Below, one piece after another: positions 27,651 to 36,257 of a stretch of DNA of 39,153 nt. This stretch comes from a virus (Duplodnaviria > Heunggongvirae > Uroviricota > Caudoviricetes). The notes under the pieces were generated by a model that was given only the letters and a program-made list of their open reading frames with translations, was not told the origin of the DNA and searched no databases. The stretch lies in IMG/VR virus record IMGVR_UViG_2609459804_000025; one strand, written 5' to 3'. Positions within the stretch are counted from its first letter, which is position 1. Each line of letters starts with the position of its first letter. Both the position numbers and the translations under genes were made by a program.

Positions 27651-28496
27651 TTAAATGTCAGGGATTTTTATACCATGATTATAAATGATAATTTCTAGAC
27701 CTTTTTTCTTATCTTGTGCAGTATAATTAAGCGTATAATCAGTCATGTTGAATTCATGATATATGCTTTTTATTTCAGGCACATTGTCATAAGACACAAC
27801 CCAAGGTAGTTGAATTTCACGTAGTGTATTAGCGATTTTTACATGATCATCATGTTTATAAAAATTTCTATATAACTCTGCTCCTTTAACATAATAAGGT
27901 GGATCAAGATATATTAGACTATTTTGGGGTAGTAATGCTTTTTGGTGTAGCAGAAAATCTGCAGCATCAAAATTCGATACGTAAATTTTCTCCTTATATG
28001 CACCAATTAGTTCAATCCTTTTAATTAACTCTTTTTTGTTGAATCTTGCATCTAACTTCCATGGTCCTTTTTGTTCTTTCCCTCCAATAACGCCAGCCTT
28101 AAGTATTCCTGAACGGTTTGTTCTATTTAAAAAGAAAGTAGATAATGCGACTTCAAGCATACTATATTTATCATTGTTTAGGAGTATCTCCTTTTGAGTA
28201 TGCCAATTTTCAATAGTCACAGGAACTTCATCAATCATTTCACATAACAGATCGTTATGATTAACCACTGCAAACCAAAAAGAATAAAGGGCAGGATCAA
28301 TATCATTTATGAAGATATTTTCAACAAGACCGTTAAGGAGCAAACCTAATGCTACACCGGCTCCACCTGCATAAGGTTCAGCATAACATCCACCAATGAG
28401 ATCATTGTTGCGGAGTATTTGTTCAATATGTGGCAAGAATTTTGCCTTACCTCCCGGATAACGAAGAGGGGTTCTAAAATGAGAAGGCTTTGTCAT
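27651..28496 (-). CDS. N6-adenine DNA methyltransferase, D12 (Dam-like) class
   Basis: 281 aa; N-terminal RYPGGK...EPYAGGAGV (AdoMet-binding, Dam motif order) and catalytic DPPY (IYLDPPYY); AT-rich like the downstream nuclease gene, 17 bp apart on the same strand. Confidence 0.85.
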   Translation of the reverse strand: MTKPSHFRTPLRYPGGKAKFLPHIEQILRNNDLIGGCYAEPYAGGAGVALGLLLNGLVENIFINDIDPALYSFWFAVVNHNDLLCEMIDEVPVTIENWHTQKEILLNNDKYSMLEVALSTFFLNRTNRSGILKAGVIGGKEQKGPWKLDARFNKKELIKRIELIGAYKEKIYVSNFDAADFLLHQKALLPQNSLIYLDPPYYVKGAELYRNFYKHDDHVKIANTLREIQLPWVVSYDNVPEIKSIYHEFNMTDYTLNYTAQDKKKGLEIIIYNHGIKIPDI

Positions 28497-28756
28497 CCAC
28501 GATTTTCTCAGTAAAAAATAAACATAATCTTAACATGGCACTTGAGTTTTCCCGATAAAAAACATCGTCGCCGTCCATAGATATTTGCATAGTTATGCAA
28601 AAAATCCAGTTTTCAATGAATTAAGGGGAATTATATCAATTGCATTCTATTCAACACAATATTCGGTTAGCGATTCACATCTCATCCCTCATGATGGAAA
28701 AGGCATATCCAACTTTGTAATTGTTTTTTCTCATCATCATTTTGATTACTAAAGTG

Positions 28757-31540
28757 CTATTTGCCTCTCTTTTGGAGCAAAGTAGCCTTGCGGCGGGCGC
28801 GTTCAGTGGTTTCATTGATTCTTTGTGCGTGCTCTGTGTCACGGATGGCGCGCAGCATGTCAGAAAGCACGGTAACGGGAGTTTTCATGCTGTTCTGGTC
28901 CTGCTGAATTGTGGATGCCAGGCGTGCGGCGGCTTCGGGGTCTGATGCCCCGAGCTGCTCCAGATAGCTGGCGACCGGGTTATGGCGGATCTCCGTGCTG
29001 CTTACGCCGTGATTACGGCTCAGGCGCTGCCAGAGCTGCGTGATTCGGCTGTCCGGGCGGGTATCCGGTTTGCGTACAATTTCAAATCCCTGCGGTGCAA
29101 TGATGCTGCCGTCAACGTACAGAGTGCCGCCCCGTAACAGGTACTGCATCTGCTGTTCACCGATATGCAGGCCGAGAGATTCGGCAGACTCCCGCCATTC
29201 TTTAGCGAGTAACTCGTGGTTATCAGGCAAAGGCCGTGGCTGTTTGCGGCTCTGTGTCCAGTTCTGCATTTCATCACTGCTGTTTTTTGCCTGTTTGTCA
29301 CGCAGCGAACGCATCAGCGCCCGGCGTTCGTGCCGTTTCAGTGAGCGCATCCACTCATCCACATCAACGCCGTCAGGGATCTGCGTCCACGGTGTTGGTT
29401 GCTCTTCCGACTGTTCTGTCCCGCTGTTGCCTGTTTCCTGTACACGGGGACAGTTATTGCCACGAGTCCAAGGTGCGGCGAAGCCGCCCCCAACGTCAAA
29501 ACCCTCGTCCGTGCTGTTGTCGGATTTCGCTTCTTTTCTGACCAGTTTCCATTCGTCCGGATGGGTACAGATGGTGTAGCGCTCGCCGAGCGACGGGGCA
29601 CAAATTCCGTAGATGCGCTGCGGGAATTCGCCGTAGTCGTTGGCCTCATCTGCGGTTTCGTATGCGGTGCGGATCAGGTACAGGTTGCGTGGAATGAGCA
29701 CGCCGCCCTGACGGTTGATGTAGGTGGCAAAACACCCCACGTCAGCGGCGGCCAGAATGGCGTCAATGTCGTCATGGTCCAGGCGCTTCGGTGATGCGGG
29801 GTTACGCTCCATTTGTCCGGCAAGGCGGCGGAGTTCACGCCATACCTGTCGGGGCGGGATACCGAAGAACTGGAACTGCCGGATGCGGTGGAGACTCGCC
29901 CAGGCAATGGCGTTTTCCACGGTTTCCGCCATGGTTTTTCCCGATTCTTTATCGGCGTAAGGTTTGCCGGTTTTCGGGTCATTGTCGTGAAAGGTGCTGG
30001 CGTCCAGGTTCTTGCCAATATAGGTTGCGATGTAGCTTGCCGGTGTGCCTTTTGCCGGGTCGATTTTTTCGCACTTGAAGCGCGGAGAAATATCATTCCC
30101 CAGTTCTGCGCGATCTGATTTGATTGCTGCGTCACGCATGATTTCAATGATGCGTTCTTCATTGTCCGGGGCGGTGAATACCAGCATGTGCCAGTGCGGT
30201 GTGCCGTCATGGTGTGGCTCAACGGTGCGCACCCCGTACCAGCTCAGGCCTTCTTTGTTGAGTTTTTTTCTTGCAGCTGCAAAGACGTCGTAAACCAGAT
30301 AATCACTGGCATCGCGCACGGTGGCACCGTTGTATTTCGGGTTCAGGCTGCCGTCCTCGTTCACGCTGTGAAAGCGGGAAGGGCAGGTTACTGTCACGAA
30401 GAACGCGGAGTCACCACGCGATTCGGCGACCTGTTCCATCCCTCTGACGCAGGCCATCATCTCGTTGCGGCGGTTGCGCGGATTCCCCAGCCCTGACCAG
30501 TACACGTCCTCCAGACTCAAGCGTTCACCGTCTTCGTTTTCAATGTCCCAGCTTTTGAGAAAATCACGGGTGCGCTGGCGTTTCTCCCGGAATTCCTGGA
30601 GTGACTCATGGCTGATGTAGGGGGATGCCTTGCGCGATACTCTTCCGGCGGCACGCAGTAATTCCTCCCGCCAGAGATCAGCGAGGTGGCGCAGCTGGTT
30701 GTTCCACCAGGTGGCGCAGGTGATACGCATTACCGCACCCGGTACCAGTTCAGGGTCTGGTGCCGTGCGGCGGTCACGTCTGATCTCGAGTGACGGCCAG
30801 TATGGTGGGTTCACGCCCAGTTTTATTGCCATGCGCGCCAGCTGCTGGTAAGTCAGCAACCAGGTAAACAGGTTATCGTCGCCTTTTCCTGTCCGCTCAG
30901 TAACTTCATCACATATGCGTTCCAGTTCGGTGGAAAATGCCGCCGCCGTTAGTGTGGCAAGGCGCTGAATTTGATTACGGTTGAGTTGTGGCAGCATGAG
31001 TAATTCATCAAGGCGATGGCGTGCTGCGGTGGCTTTGAATGCTGTCGTGGCGAAGCATTCATTCACCTGTTCGATGCGTTTCAGGCGTGTGCGCAGTCCA
31101 CGGCGAACGAAGTTATCGGCCACGTGAGTGTTGTTGTTTTTCACGCCTTCATTGCGGGCGCTTTGTTGTTTGCGGTTTAAACGCGCCAGATCACGAATGA
31201 GCGCGTTACCAAGAAACGAGGGCAGGGCGCGAAGTTCTGCCATGGCTTCAGATACCAGCGTTGGCGGATTTTCGCGTTTGTGCCGCGCCAGTTTTTCCAG
31301 TCTGATCCGACGCTCTTCGTCGTGGTGAAGGTGCGAATTAATTCGCTTGCCTTCGTCTGTGTTTGTCAGGAAGTCGACGGTTTCTTCATCCAGTCTGGCG
31401 TCAGTGCGAATATCCTCGTTGATGTAGCTCTGAATGGCCTGGCGTAATGCGGTTGGCTGTGCTCTGCCGAACGTTTCAGGATCGATAACCGGTAGCGGGG
31501 CGTTCCACGGGTACGCCAGTTGTGCGTTATGGTCGCTCAT
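28757..31540 (-). CDS. A: replication initiation endonuclease A (rolling-circle Rep, P2 gpA family) with long C-terminal extension
   Basis: About 927 aa from MSDHN (ATGA overlap with upstream ORF stop); contains VEPHHDGTPHWHMLVF (HUH metal-binding motif) and ASYIATYIGKNLD (catalytic tyrosine motif), both as in P2 gpA. Confidence 0.88.
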   Translation of the reverse strand: MSDHNAQLAYPWNAPLPVIDPETFGRAQPTALRQAIQSYINEDIRTDARLDEETVDFLTNTDEGKRINSHLHHDEERRIRLEKLARHKRENPPTLVSEAMAELRALPSFLGNALIRDLARLNRKQQSARNEGVKNNNTHVADNFVRRGLRTRLKRIEQVNECFATTAFKATAARHRLDELLMLPQLNRNQIQRLATLTAAAFSTELERICDEVTERTGKGDDNLFTWLLTYQQLARMAIKLGVNPPYWPSLEIRRDRRTAPDPELVPGAVMRITCATWWNNQLRHLADLWREELLRAAGRVSRKASPYISHESLQEFREKRQRTRDFLKSWDIENEDGERLSLEDVYWSGLGNPRNRRNEMMACVRGMEQVAESRGDSAFFVTVTCPSRFHSVNEDGSLNPKYNGATVRDASDYLVYDVFAAARKKLNKEGLSWYGVRTVEPHHDGTPHWHMLVFTAPDNEERIIEIMRDAAIKSDRAELGNDISPRFKCEKIDPAKGTPASYIATYIGKNLDASTFHDNDPKTGKPYADKESGKTMAETVENAIAWASLHRIRQFQFFGIPPRQVWRELRRLAGQMERNPASPKRLDHDDIDAILAAADVGCFATYINRQGGVLIPRNLYLIRTAYETADEANDYGEFPQRIYGICAPSLGERYTICTHPDEWKLVRKEAKSDNSTDEGFDVGGGFAAPWTRGNNCPRVQETGNSGTEQSEEQPTPWTQIPDGVDVDEWMRSLKRHERRALMRSLRDKQAKNSSDEMQNWTQSRKQPRPLPDNHELLAKEWRESAESLGLHIGEQQMQYLLRGGTLYVDGSIIAPQGFEIVRKPDTRPDSRITQLWQRLSRNHGVSSTEIRHNPVASYLEQLGASDPEAAARLASTIQQDQNSMKTPVTVLSDMLRAIRDTEHAQRINETTERARRKATLLQKRGK

Positions 31541-31953
31541 GCGTCGCACTCCCCGGCAGTTGCCACCTGAAACGCCGCGCGGTACAGCACGAGAAGGCGC
31601 TGGTATTCGCCGATAAAACCTTCTGCGGTGTATATACCTTTCACGGCCACGCTGTGGGTTGTCATTTCCAGAACCAGCGCCATCTCTGATGACGACCAGC
31701 TGATGGCGGTACTGTCGGTGCCGTTGATGTGAAATAAACCCAGTCCATCACCATCACCTTTCACGTCCACGCGGTAACGACCGTCCACGGTGAAGGAGAA
31801 ATCCCCGTATGTGGTGACGCTGCGGGCAGCCTGTTTACAGGCGCGGCGGTAATAGTCGTGCCAGTTGTTCAGGCGGGAAGCCAGCAGGGGATCCACCGCC
31901 CACATCCAGTTAAAGAAGTCCTGAATATCTGAAAGTCCCTTAACGCTCTTCAT
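31537..31953 (-). CDS. hypothetical early protein (138 aa) immediately upstream of A
   Basis: ORF with stop/start coupling to A; no recognised motif. Confidence 0.55.
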   Translation of the reverse strand: MKSVKGLSDIQDFFNWMWAVDPLLASRLNNWHDYYRRACKQAARSVTTYGDFSFTVDGRYRVDVKGDGDGLGLFHINGTDSTAISWSSSEMALVLEMTTHSVAVKGIYTAEGFIGEYQRLLVLYRAAFQVATAGECDA

Positions 31954-32021
31954 GAGAACCTCCGGTAACAGACGTGCGGAAGCCTCCCGCGTGCAGGTGT
32001 GGGATAGCTTCCGGATGTGGT

Positions 32022-32243
32022 TTATCGGTGCTGGTTGATGAGGCTTTGCAGTTCTGCCAGGTCTTCGGCCAGATAGCTGAAGACGGCAGCGCAGTAACGG
32101 TTTGATAGTGCGTGCGTGCGCTCATGCAGCATGTTGATATGCATGATTTGCGCGACGCGTGTTGCGCGGAAAAGTCTGCGGTTGATTTCGCTTCGGATGT
32201 GAAGACGCTCAGCGCGGGCGCGCTGTTGCTTGCGGTTTGCCAT
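32022..32243 (-). CDS. hypothetical small basic protein (73 aa)
   Basis: ATG preceded by agagg SD at about 8 nt; Arg-rich N-terminus (MANRKQQRARAERLHIRSEINRR) suggests nucleic-acid binding; no recognised family. Confidence 0.45.
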   Translation of the reverse strand: MANRKQQRARAERLHIRSEINRRLFRATRVAQIMHINMLHERTHALSNRYCAAVFSYLAEDLAELQSLINQHR

Positions 32244-32288
32244 GGTGTGGCCTCTTTGCTCGGTGATAGAAATAACTCACCATCCAGA

Positions 32289-32478
32289 GTTGAGAATCTC
32301 GGGGTGGCGAGACGTACAGGGTTCTCAACACCGGAGAGCAAAGAATCCGGCCCGACCGAAGTCGGCCCCGTACGCCCCGCCATAATTCTGACGCGAAAAA
32401 GACGTGGCAATACAGTACGCACAAAAAAACCGCTGGCGCGGTTATGCGCTTTGCTCTGTATCGGGTTGAGAATCCCGG
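32289..32478. promoter_or_regulatory. repeat-rich structured divergent intergenic region (three copies of GTTGAGAA(T/C)C motif, nested inverted repeats)
   Basis: GTTGAGAATCTCGGGG at 32289, its inverted copy at 32317-32334, GTTGAGAATCCCGG at 32465; 8-bp long-range inverted repeat gagcaaag/ctttgctc (32336-32343 / 32449-32456) enclosing hairpins ggccgaccgaagtcggcc and accgctggcgcggt. Confidence 0.45.
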
Positions 32479-32626
32479 CACCCGTTTTATGAGGTGCAGC
32501 GGAAATGTAACCCGACACGACGAGCGCTGGCAAGCGGTTTTTGTGTTGCGTGCTGATGTGGTTAGAATGTTGCGAATTAATATCACCTGGCAACTGGTGA
32601 TTGTCTGCATACGCGGGGTGTTTCTG

Positions 32627-33091
32627 ATGAGTGATAAGCTCCCTTCTGATTACGAAATTCTTTTTGACCTGTGGTACAGCTACTGGCTTGAACACATGAC
32701 AAGCCTTCTCCACCGTCGCGCTTCCTTGGTTCTGAGGATTAGCGCTTTCCTTGCGATTGTTGCCGCATTCATTTTTTGCGACAGCGCAACGTTTGTTTTC
32801 GCCAGTGTGGTGCTCTTTCTGGTGTGGCAGGTCATGGCTGCCTCTCTTTCTATCAGAGCTGAAAAGGCTGAATGGCAGGCGCTTAGCTATCAAAGACTGA
32901 TTAGCCAGCGCCACGTGCTCACCCCGGAATGCATGATTGCGCGCCTCTCCTTTGTTGAGGAAAGTGACAGCCCCGTGATGGAGTGCATGATCAACCTTGC
33001 CTGGAATAAAGCCTGTGAGACGGTTGGTAGCTCTGCGCGCAATCATGTTTCGATCTCCGGTCGGTTACTCAGTCGCCTGTGCGGCTTTTGA
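32627..33091 (+). CDS. hypothetical inner-membrane protein (about 154 aa, two predicted TM helices), transcribed opposite to the early operon
   Basis: ATG 32627 with gggg SD-like sequence upstream; MSDKLPSDYEILFDLWYSYWLEH then two hydrophobic helices (ISAFLAIVAAFIF, FVFASVVLFLVWQVMAA); 3' end overlaps the convergent DUF4406-like gene. Confidence 0.5.
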   Translation: MSDKLPSDYEILFDLWYSYWLEHMTSLLHRRASLVLRISAFLAIVAAFIFCDSATFVFASVVLFLVWQVMAASLSIRAEKAEWQALSYQRLISQRHVLTPECMIARLSFVEESDSPVMECMINLAWNKACETVGSSARNHVSISGRLLSRLCGF

Positions 33092-33415
33092 TTTGTGAAG
33101 CAGCTGCGCGACGGTTTCGCCGGCTGCCCGGTTTTCCGGGAATGACACTGGCATGTTCAGTTTGAGTGCCATTACGTACTCCGCCCGCGCGCCAGCTGAA
33201 TCCACCCAGCCTTCCAGTAAGTAAATGGCATCGGCACACATGAGCATCGGAATACAAATGCTCATGTACTGCTGCTGGCTTAATCCTTCCGGCAACGTGG
33301 CAGGGTTCAGCACAACGTGCCCGTCTGCCGCGAGCCTCATCGCCTCTGTGAAAAACGCCGTCCTGTTGTGGTCTTTGCATCCGGTCATGGGACCGGCGAT
33401 ATAAATCACTGCCAT
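33065..33415 (-). CDS. DUF4406-like protein (nucleoside 2-deoxyribosyltransferase-like fold)
   Basis: 116 aa; N-terminal IYIAGPMTG and later LLEGW/SAGA pattern typical of DUF4406 prophage proteins as I recall them. Confidence 0.65.
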   Translation of the reverse strand: MAVIYIAGPMTGCKDHNRTAFFTEAMRLAADGHVVLNPATLPEGLSQQQYMSICIPMLMCADAIYLLEGWVDSAGARAEYVMALKLNMPVSFPENRAAGETVAQLLHKSKAAQATE

Positions 33416-33624
33416 GCTTTACCTCCCGTATTGCGTGTTGCTGTCAGCACGCGTACTTCTTCCATGTTCGTGGCGCAGAAGTGCGAACCGTTGATAAGGC
33501 GGATGTGATGCATCTCAGAATTGCGTGAGTCCTGGCGTGTCATGCCCTGGTCAATCAGGCTTTCGTCTACCTCGTACTGACGGCCGTTGGCTGTGAACCG
33601 GATAACGGTTGATTCCTGGATCAT
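33406..33624 (-). CDS. hypothetical protein (72 aa)
   Basis: ORF in early operon with ATGA coupling to the upstream gene. Confidence 0.5.
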   Translation of the reverse strand: MIQESTVIRFTANGRQYEVDESLIDQGMTRQDSRNSEMHHIRLINGSHFCATNMEEVRVLTATRNTGGKAWQ

Positions 33625-33857
33625 TGCTGACTCCTTTGCCCGGCAGATTTCTCGTTGAGCTGCTTTTTAAGGGTGGCGATTTCACTTTCCTGATCCTGAA
33701 TCACCCGGATTGCTTCCATGGTGATCCTCAGTGAGATTGCTGAAGCGATAACGAGCTCTGGTCTTCCAGCAGCTGCGATAACTTTTGCTGCTTCCTCATG
33801 TGCACGGGCGATGAGACGCAATTCCCGCAAAAGCTCTTTGTTGTTTTCGCTATTCAT
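33621..33857 (-). CDS. hypothetical protein (78 aa, predicted coiled-coil)
   Basis: ORF in early operon, coupled to downstream ORF. Confidence 0.5.
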   Translation of the reverse strand: MNSENNKELLRELRLIARAHEEAAKVIAAAGRPELVIASAISLRITMEAIRVIQDQESEIATLKKQLNEKSAGQRSQQ

Positions 33858-33892
33858 TTCCTGACTCCGGTGTTACTGATTCATCTGTTTAT

Positions 33893-34873
33893 TCACGTAC
33901 TGGCAGGGGTAAACATCACGCTGTAAGTTGCATCTCCCGTTACAGGTCCGCAGTCCGGGCAGTAGCCACCGCCATGGTGACCGCAGGCGTCGCACTGTCT
34001 CAGGGTGGCGATAACCTCCGGTGCTGATTCCCGGGTTCTTGCGCCAACGCTTCGTGGTGCCTGTATGCAGTTCATCCGGTAACCCCGATAAATGCGTCGT
34101 GTTTCCGGTGTGTCGGAATTGGAGATGGTGATGCTGGTCATGCCGCCCGTTTCCTGTGAAAGGCGGTCAAGCGCTGCCCTCAGACGAACGTGCTCGTCTT
34201 CATCGAATGGTTTTCCGTAGGCGGTAAAATTGTCCCGGCCACTGAATTGCAGGTAAGGGGGATCGCAGTACACGCAAAGCGTGTTGCCCATGCCGAACAG
34301 GTGACTGGCAGAGTTCAGCGTATCCTTAAAATCTGCGTGGATAAGCAGCGTTCGGGTGCTGTTTGCCTTGTCTGCAAATGCGCGGATTTCACGCTCAGGG
34401 AAGTAGGGCTTGCGGTAGCAGCCGAAAGGCACGTTAAAATCGCCTTTTCCGTTCACGCGGAACAAACCGTTAAAGCTGTGTCGGTTCAGGTACAAAAACA
34501 TGGCGGCCAGTCGCAGTTCACGGCGGTCGCTTATTCCCGTTCTGCTGTTCAGGAAGGCATGATTCTCTGCGTTAAAGGTTTCGCGAATGATGAGATAGTT
34601 ACCCCTGTTGTTGTGGTTCAGGAACAGGGTTTTCGCCTCGTCGATCAGGTTGTCGGTGTTGTCCCTGGCTTGCCGGTAGAAATTAATCAGCGCACCATTG
34701 GAATCACCCAGGATGTAACGCTTGTAACTGGTGTTCATGAATACCGATGCGCCACCCACAAACGGCTCAACCAGGCAGTCTGCTTCTGGCAGATGCGCCT
34801 TCAGTGTGTTCATGATGCGACTTTTTCCGCCCACCCATTTAAGCGGCGTGCCGGATAACAGTTCTTTGCTCAT
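33893..34873 (-). CDS. dam: DNA adenine methyltransferase (Dam, D12 class) with C-terminal Cys-rich zinc-ribbon-like extension
   Basis: 326 aa; KWVGGK...VEPFVGGASVF and catalytic DPPY (VYCDPPYLQF); C-terminus CDACGHHGGGYCPDCG. Confidence 0.85.
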   Translation of the reverse strand: MSKELLSGTPLKWVGGKSRIMNTLKAHLPEADCLVEPFVGGASVFMNTSYKRYILGDSNGALINFYRQARDNTDNLIDEAKTLFLNHNNRGNYLIIRETFNAENHAFLNSRTGISDRRELRLAAMFLYLNRHSFNGLFRVNGKGDFNVPFGCYRKPYFPEREIRAFADKANSTRTLLIHADFKDTLNSASHLFGMGNTLCVYCDPPYLQFSGRDNFTAYGKPFDEDEHVRLRAALDRLSQETGGMTSITISNSDTPETRRIYRGYRMNCIQAPRSVGARTRESAPEVIATLRQCDACGHHGGGYCPDCGPVTGDATYSVMFTPAST

Positions 34874-35097
34874 AACGCGGCCTCTTTGTTATAGGTTTCG
34901 TGCGTTAATAAATCCCATGACGCCCCGTTGTTTTTGCTCAGCAATCGCCAGCGAAAACCGATTCTTATTACCAGGTAGTCGTGGGGTTTTATGCGTGAAA
35001 AATTCCGCACGCCGTCGCGGAATAAACGCAGCGATGCGCGGGCTTTTCTTTCCACGTTCAGGGGGGGGCAGCAACACACATTCAGGATGGCGACCAT
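34870..35097 (-). CDS. hypothetical protein (75 aa)
   Basis: ORF with ATGA coupling to dam. Confidence 0.45.
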   Translation of the reverse strand: MVAILNVCCCPPLNVERKARASLRLFRDGVRNFSRIKPHDYLVIRIGFRWRLLSKNNGASWDLLTHETYNKEAAL

Positions 35098-35106
35098 GGC
35101 TTCACC

Positions 35107-35697
35107 TCATATGTTCAGGAATGGTGTTGTGAAGCGCTGCCAGATTTCTGACACGACCTTTGCCTGGTAAACGGCGTCGCCCAGCGCGGTGTGAGCAATG
35201 GTCTCTTTGCCTGATCTGCCTGGCATTTTCCATCCAGTTGATTCAGCCATGGCGATAAGCGGGCGCATACAGCGCTCGTTCCAGTAGCACCAGGGGATGC
35301 TTTTTTCTCCGGCTGTGCGTGTTATGGCGGATTTCAGGATCGGGAAATCGAAGGATGCGCCTTTGCACCATATGGTCAGTGAATTGCCCGGGCTTTCGTC
35401 ATGCATATTGCGTGAAATGAACGCCAGAAATTCGGTTACTGCCGCAAGCTCTGTTCCCTCTGCGTTGCGCAGGCAGGATCTGGCCTCCACGGATTGTCCG
35501 GCCCACCATACAGCGGTGGCTGCATTGACGGTTCCGCCGTTGCGTTCTGAATCCACCGGGTCGATGAATTTCTCAAACTGCTTGCCCAGCTTTCCGGTGA
35601 ACGGGTCGAAAAACACCGCCCCAATCGCGAATATGGCTGCGTCCGGTCCGTTACCCAGTGTTTCGGTGTCAATCATGAGATGGTTCATTATGCGCAC
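35107..35697 (-). CDS. DEDD-family 3'-5' exonuclease (DnaQ/RNase T-like)
   Basis: 196 aa; Exo I motif LMIDTETLG (D-x-E), Exo III motif HTALGDAV (H-x4-D). Confidence 0.8.
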   Translation of the reverse strand: MRIMNHLMIDTETLGNGPDAAIFAIGAVFFDPFTGKLGKQFEKFIDPVDSERNGGTVNAATAVWWAGQSVEARSCLRNAEGTELAAVTEFLAFISRNMHDESPGNSLTIWCKGASFDFPILKSAITRTAGEKSIPWCYWNERCMRPLIAMAESTGWKMPGRSGKETIAHTALGDAVYQAKVVSEIWQRFTTPFLNI

Positions 35698-35942
35698 CCC
35701 TTCAGTTCGTCTGGGTTGGCGAGTATTGCAATCAGTCGTTCAATGGCTGCGCAGGTTTCCTGTGGACAGGTGTGTGTCTCTTTCGCTGTCTCAGTCAGCT
35801 CGCGCAGTAATTCGCAGATATGTGCACGCTCGGCTTTTCTTGCGGCCATGCTGATATGCGCATGATGGTTAGCTGGTCTGGCGGTTATTTCTCTGCCGGG
35901 TGATTCGGCTGTTCTCATTTGTTGACTCCTGAAAAAAGACAA
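35688..35942 (-). CDS. hypothetical protein (84 aa)
   Basis: ORF in early operon overlapping the exonuclease start by 10 nt. Confidence 0.5.
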   Translation of the reverse strand: MSFFRSQQMRTAESPGREITARPANHHAHISMAARKAERAHICELLRELTETAKETHTCPQETCAAIERLIAILANPDELKGCA

Positions 35943-36023
35943 AGGGAACCCGAAGGCATGAATGCCTTAATTAATTGCTCGTGTGTTTTCTGGTGTTATT
36001 CCGCGCCTGCTTTCGGCTTCAGG

Positions 36024-36119
36024 TTATTCCCAGATCTTCAGGGCTAACCAGATAAGCGCACTCACCTGAAATATCACCCATACAGTGGCGATGGTGAGTA
36101 TTGCTTTTACATTCTTCAT
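36024..36119 (-). CDS. small hydrophobic peptide (31 aa), below ORF-track cutoff
   Basis: MKNVKAILTIATVWVIFQVSALIWLALKIWE; single TM helix; no strong SD. Confidence 0.3.
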   Translation of the reverse strand: MKNVKAILTIATVWVIFQVSALIWLALKIWE

Positions 36120-36131
36120 AAGGTTTTCGCT

Positions 36132-36257
36132 TTATTTACGGCGTTTATCGCCGGTAAAGAATAATTCGATATCCTTCAGTGTGTAGATAATTCGCATAAT
36201 GCCGATTGCCATAAGCACGGAGATAATCAGAATTACCCATGAAAGAAATATGCTCAT
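36132..36257 (-). CDS. small hydrophobic peptide (41 aa), below ORF-track cutoff
   Basis: MSIFLSWVILIISVLMAIGIMRIIYTLKDIELFFTGDKRRK; ATGA overlap with the upstream ORF stop (translational coupling). Confidence 0.35.
   Translation of the reverse strand: MSIFLSWVILIISVLMAIGIMRIIYTLKDIELFFTGDKRRK

Noticed and set aside
32289-32478. Retron msr/msd ncRNA
   Set aside because: The inverted repeats and internal hairpins resemble a retron ncRNA, but no reverse transcriptase ORF (no YxDD motif) is present nearby; kept only as a generic structured or regulatory RNA candidate.
31940-33046. 368-aa - strand ORF spanning the divergent locus
   Set aside because: Translation is low-complexity and Ser/Thr/Pro/His-rich with no motifs; it overlaps the more plausible + strand membrane ORF and the structured intergenic region, so it is most likely a frame artefact.
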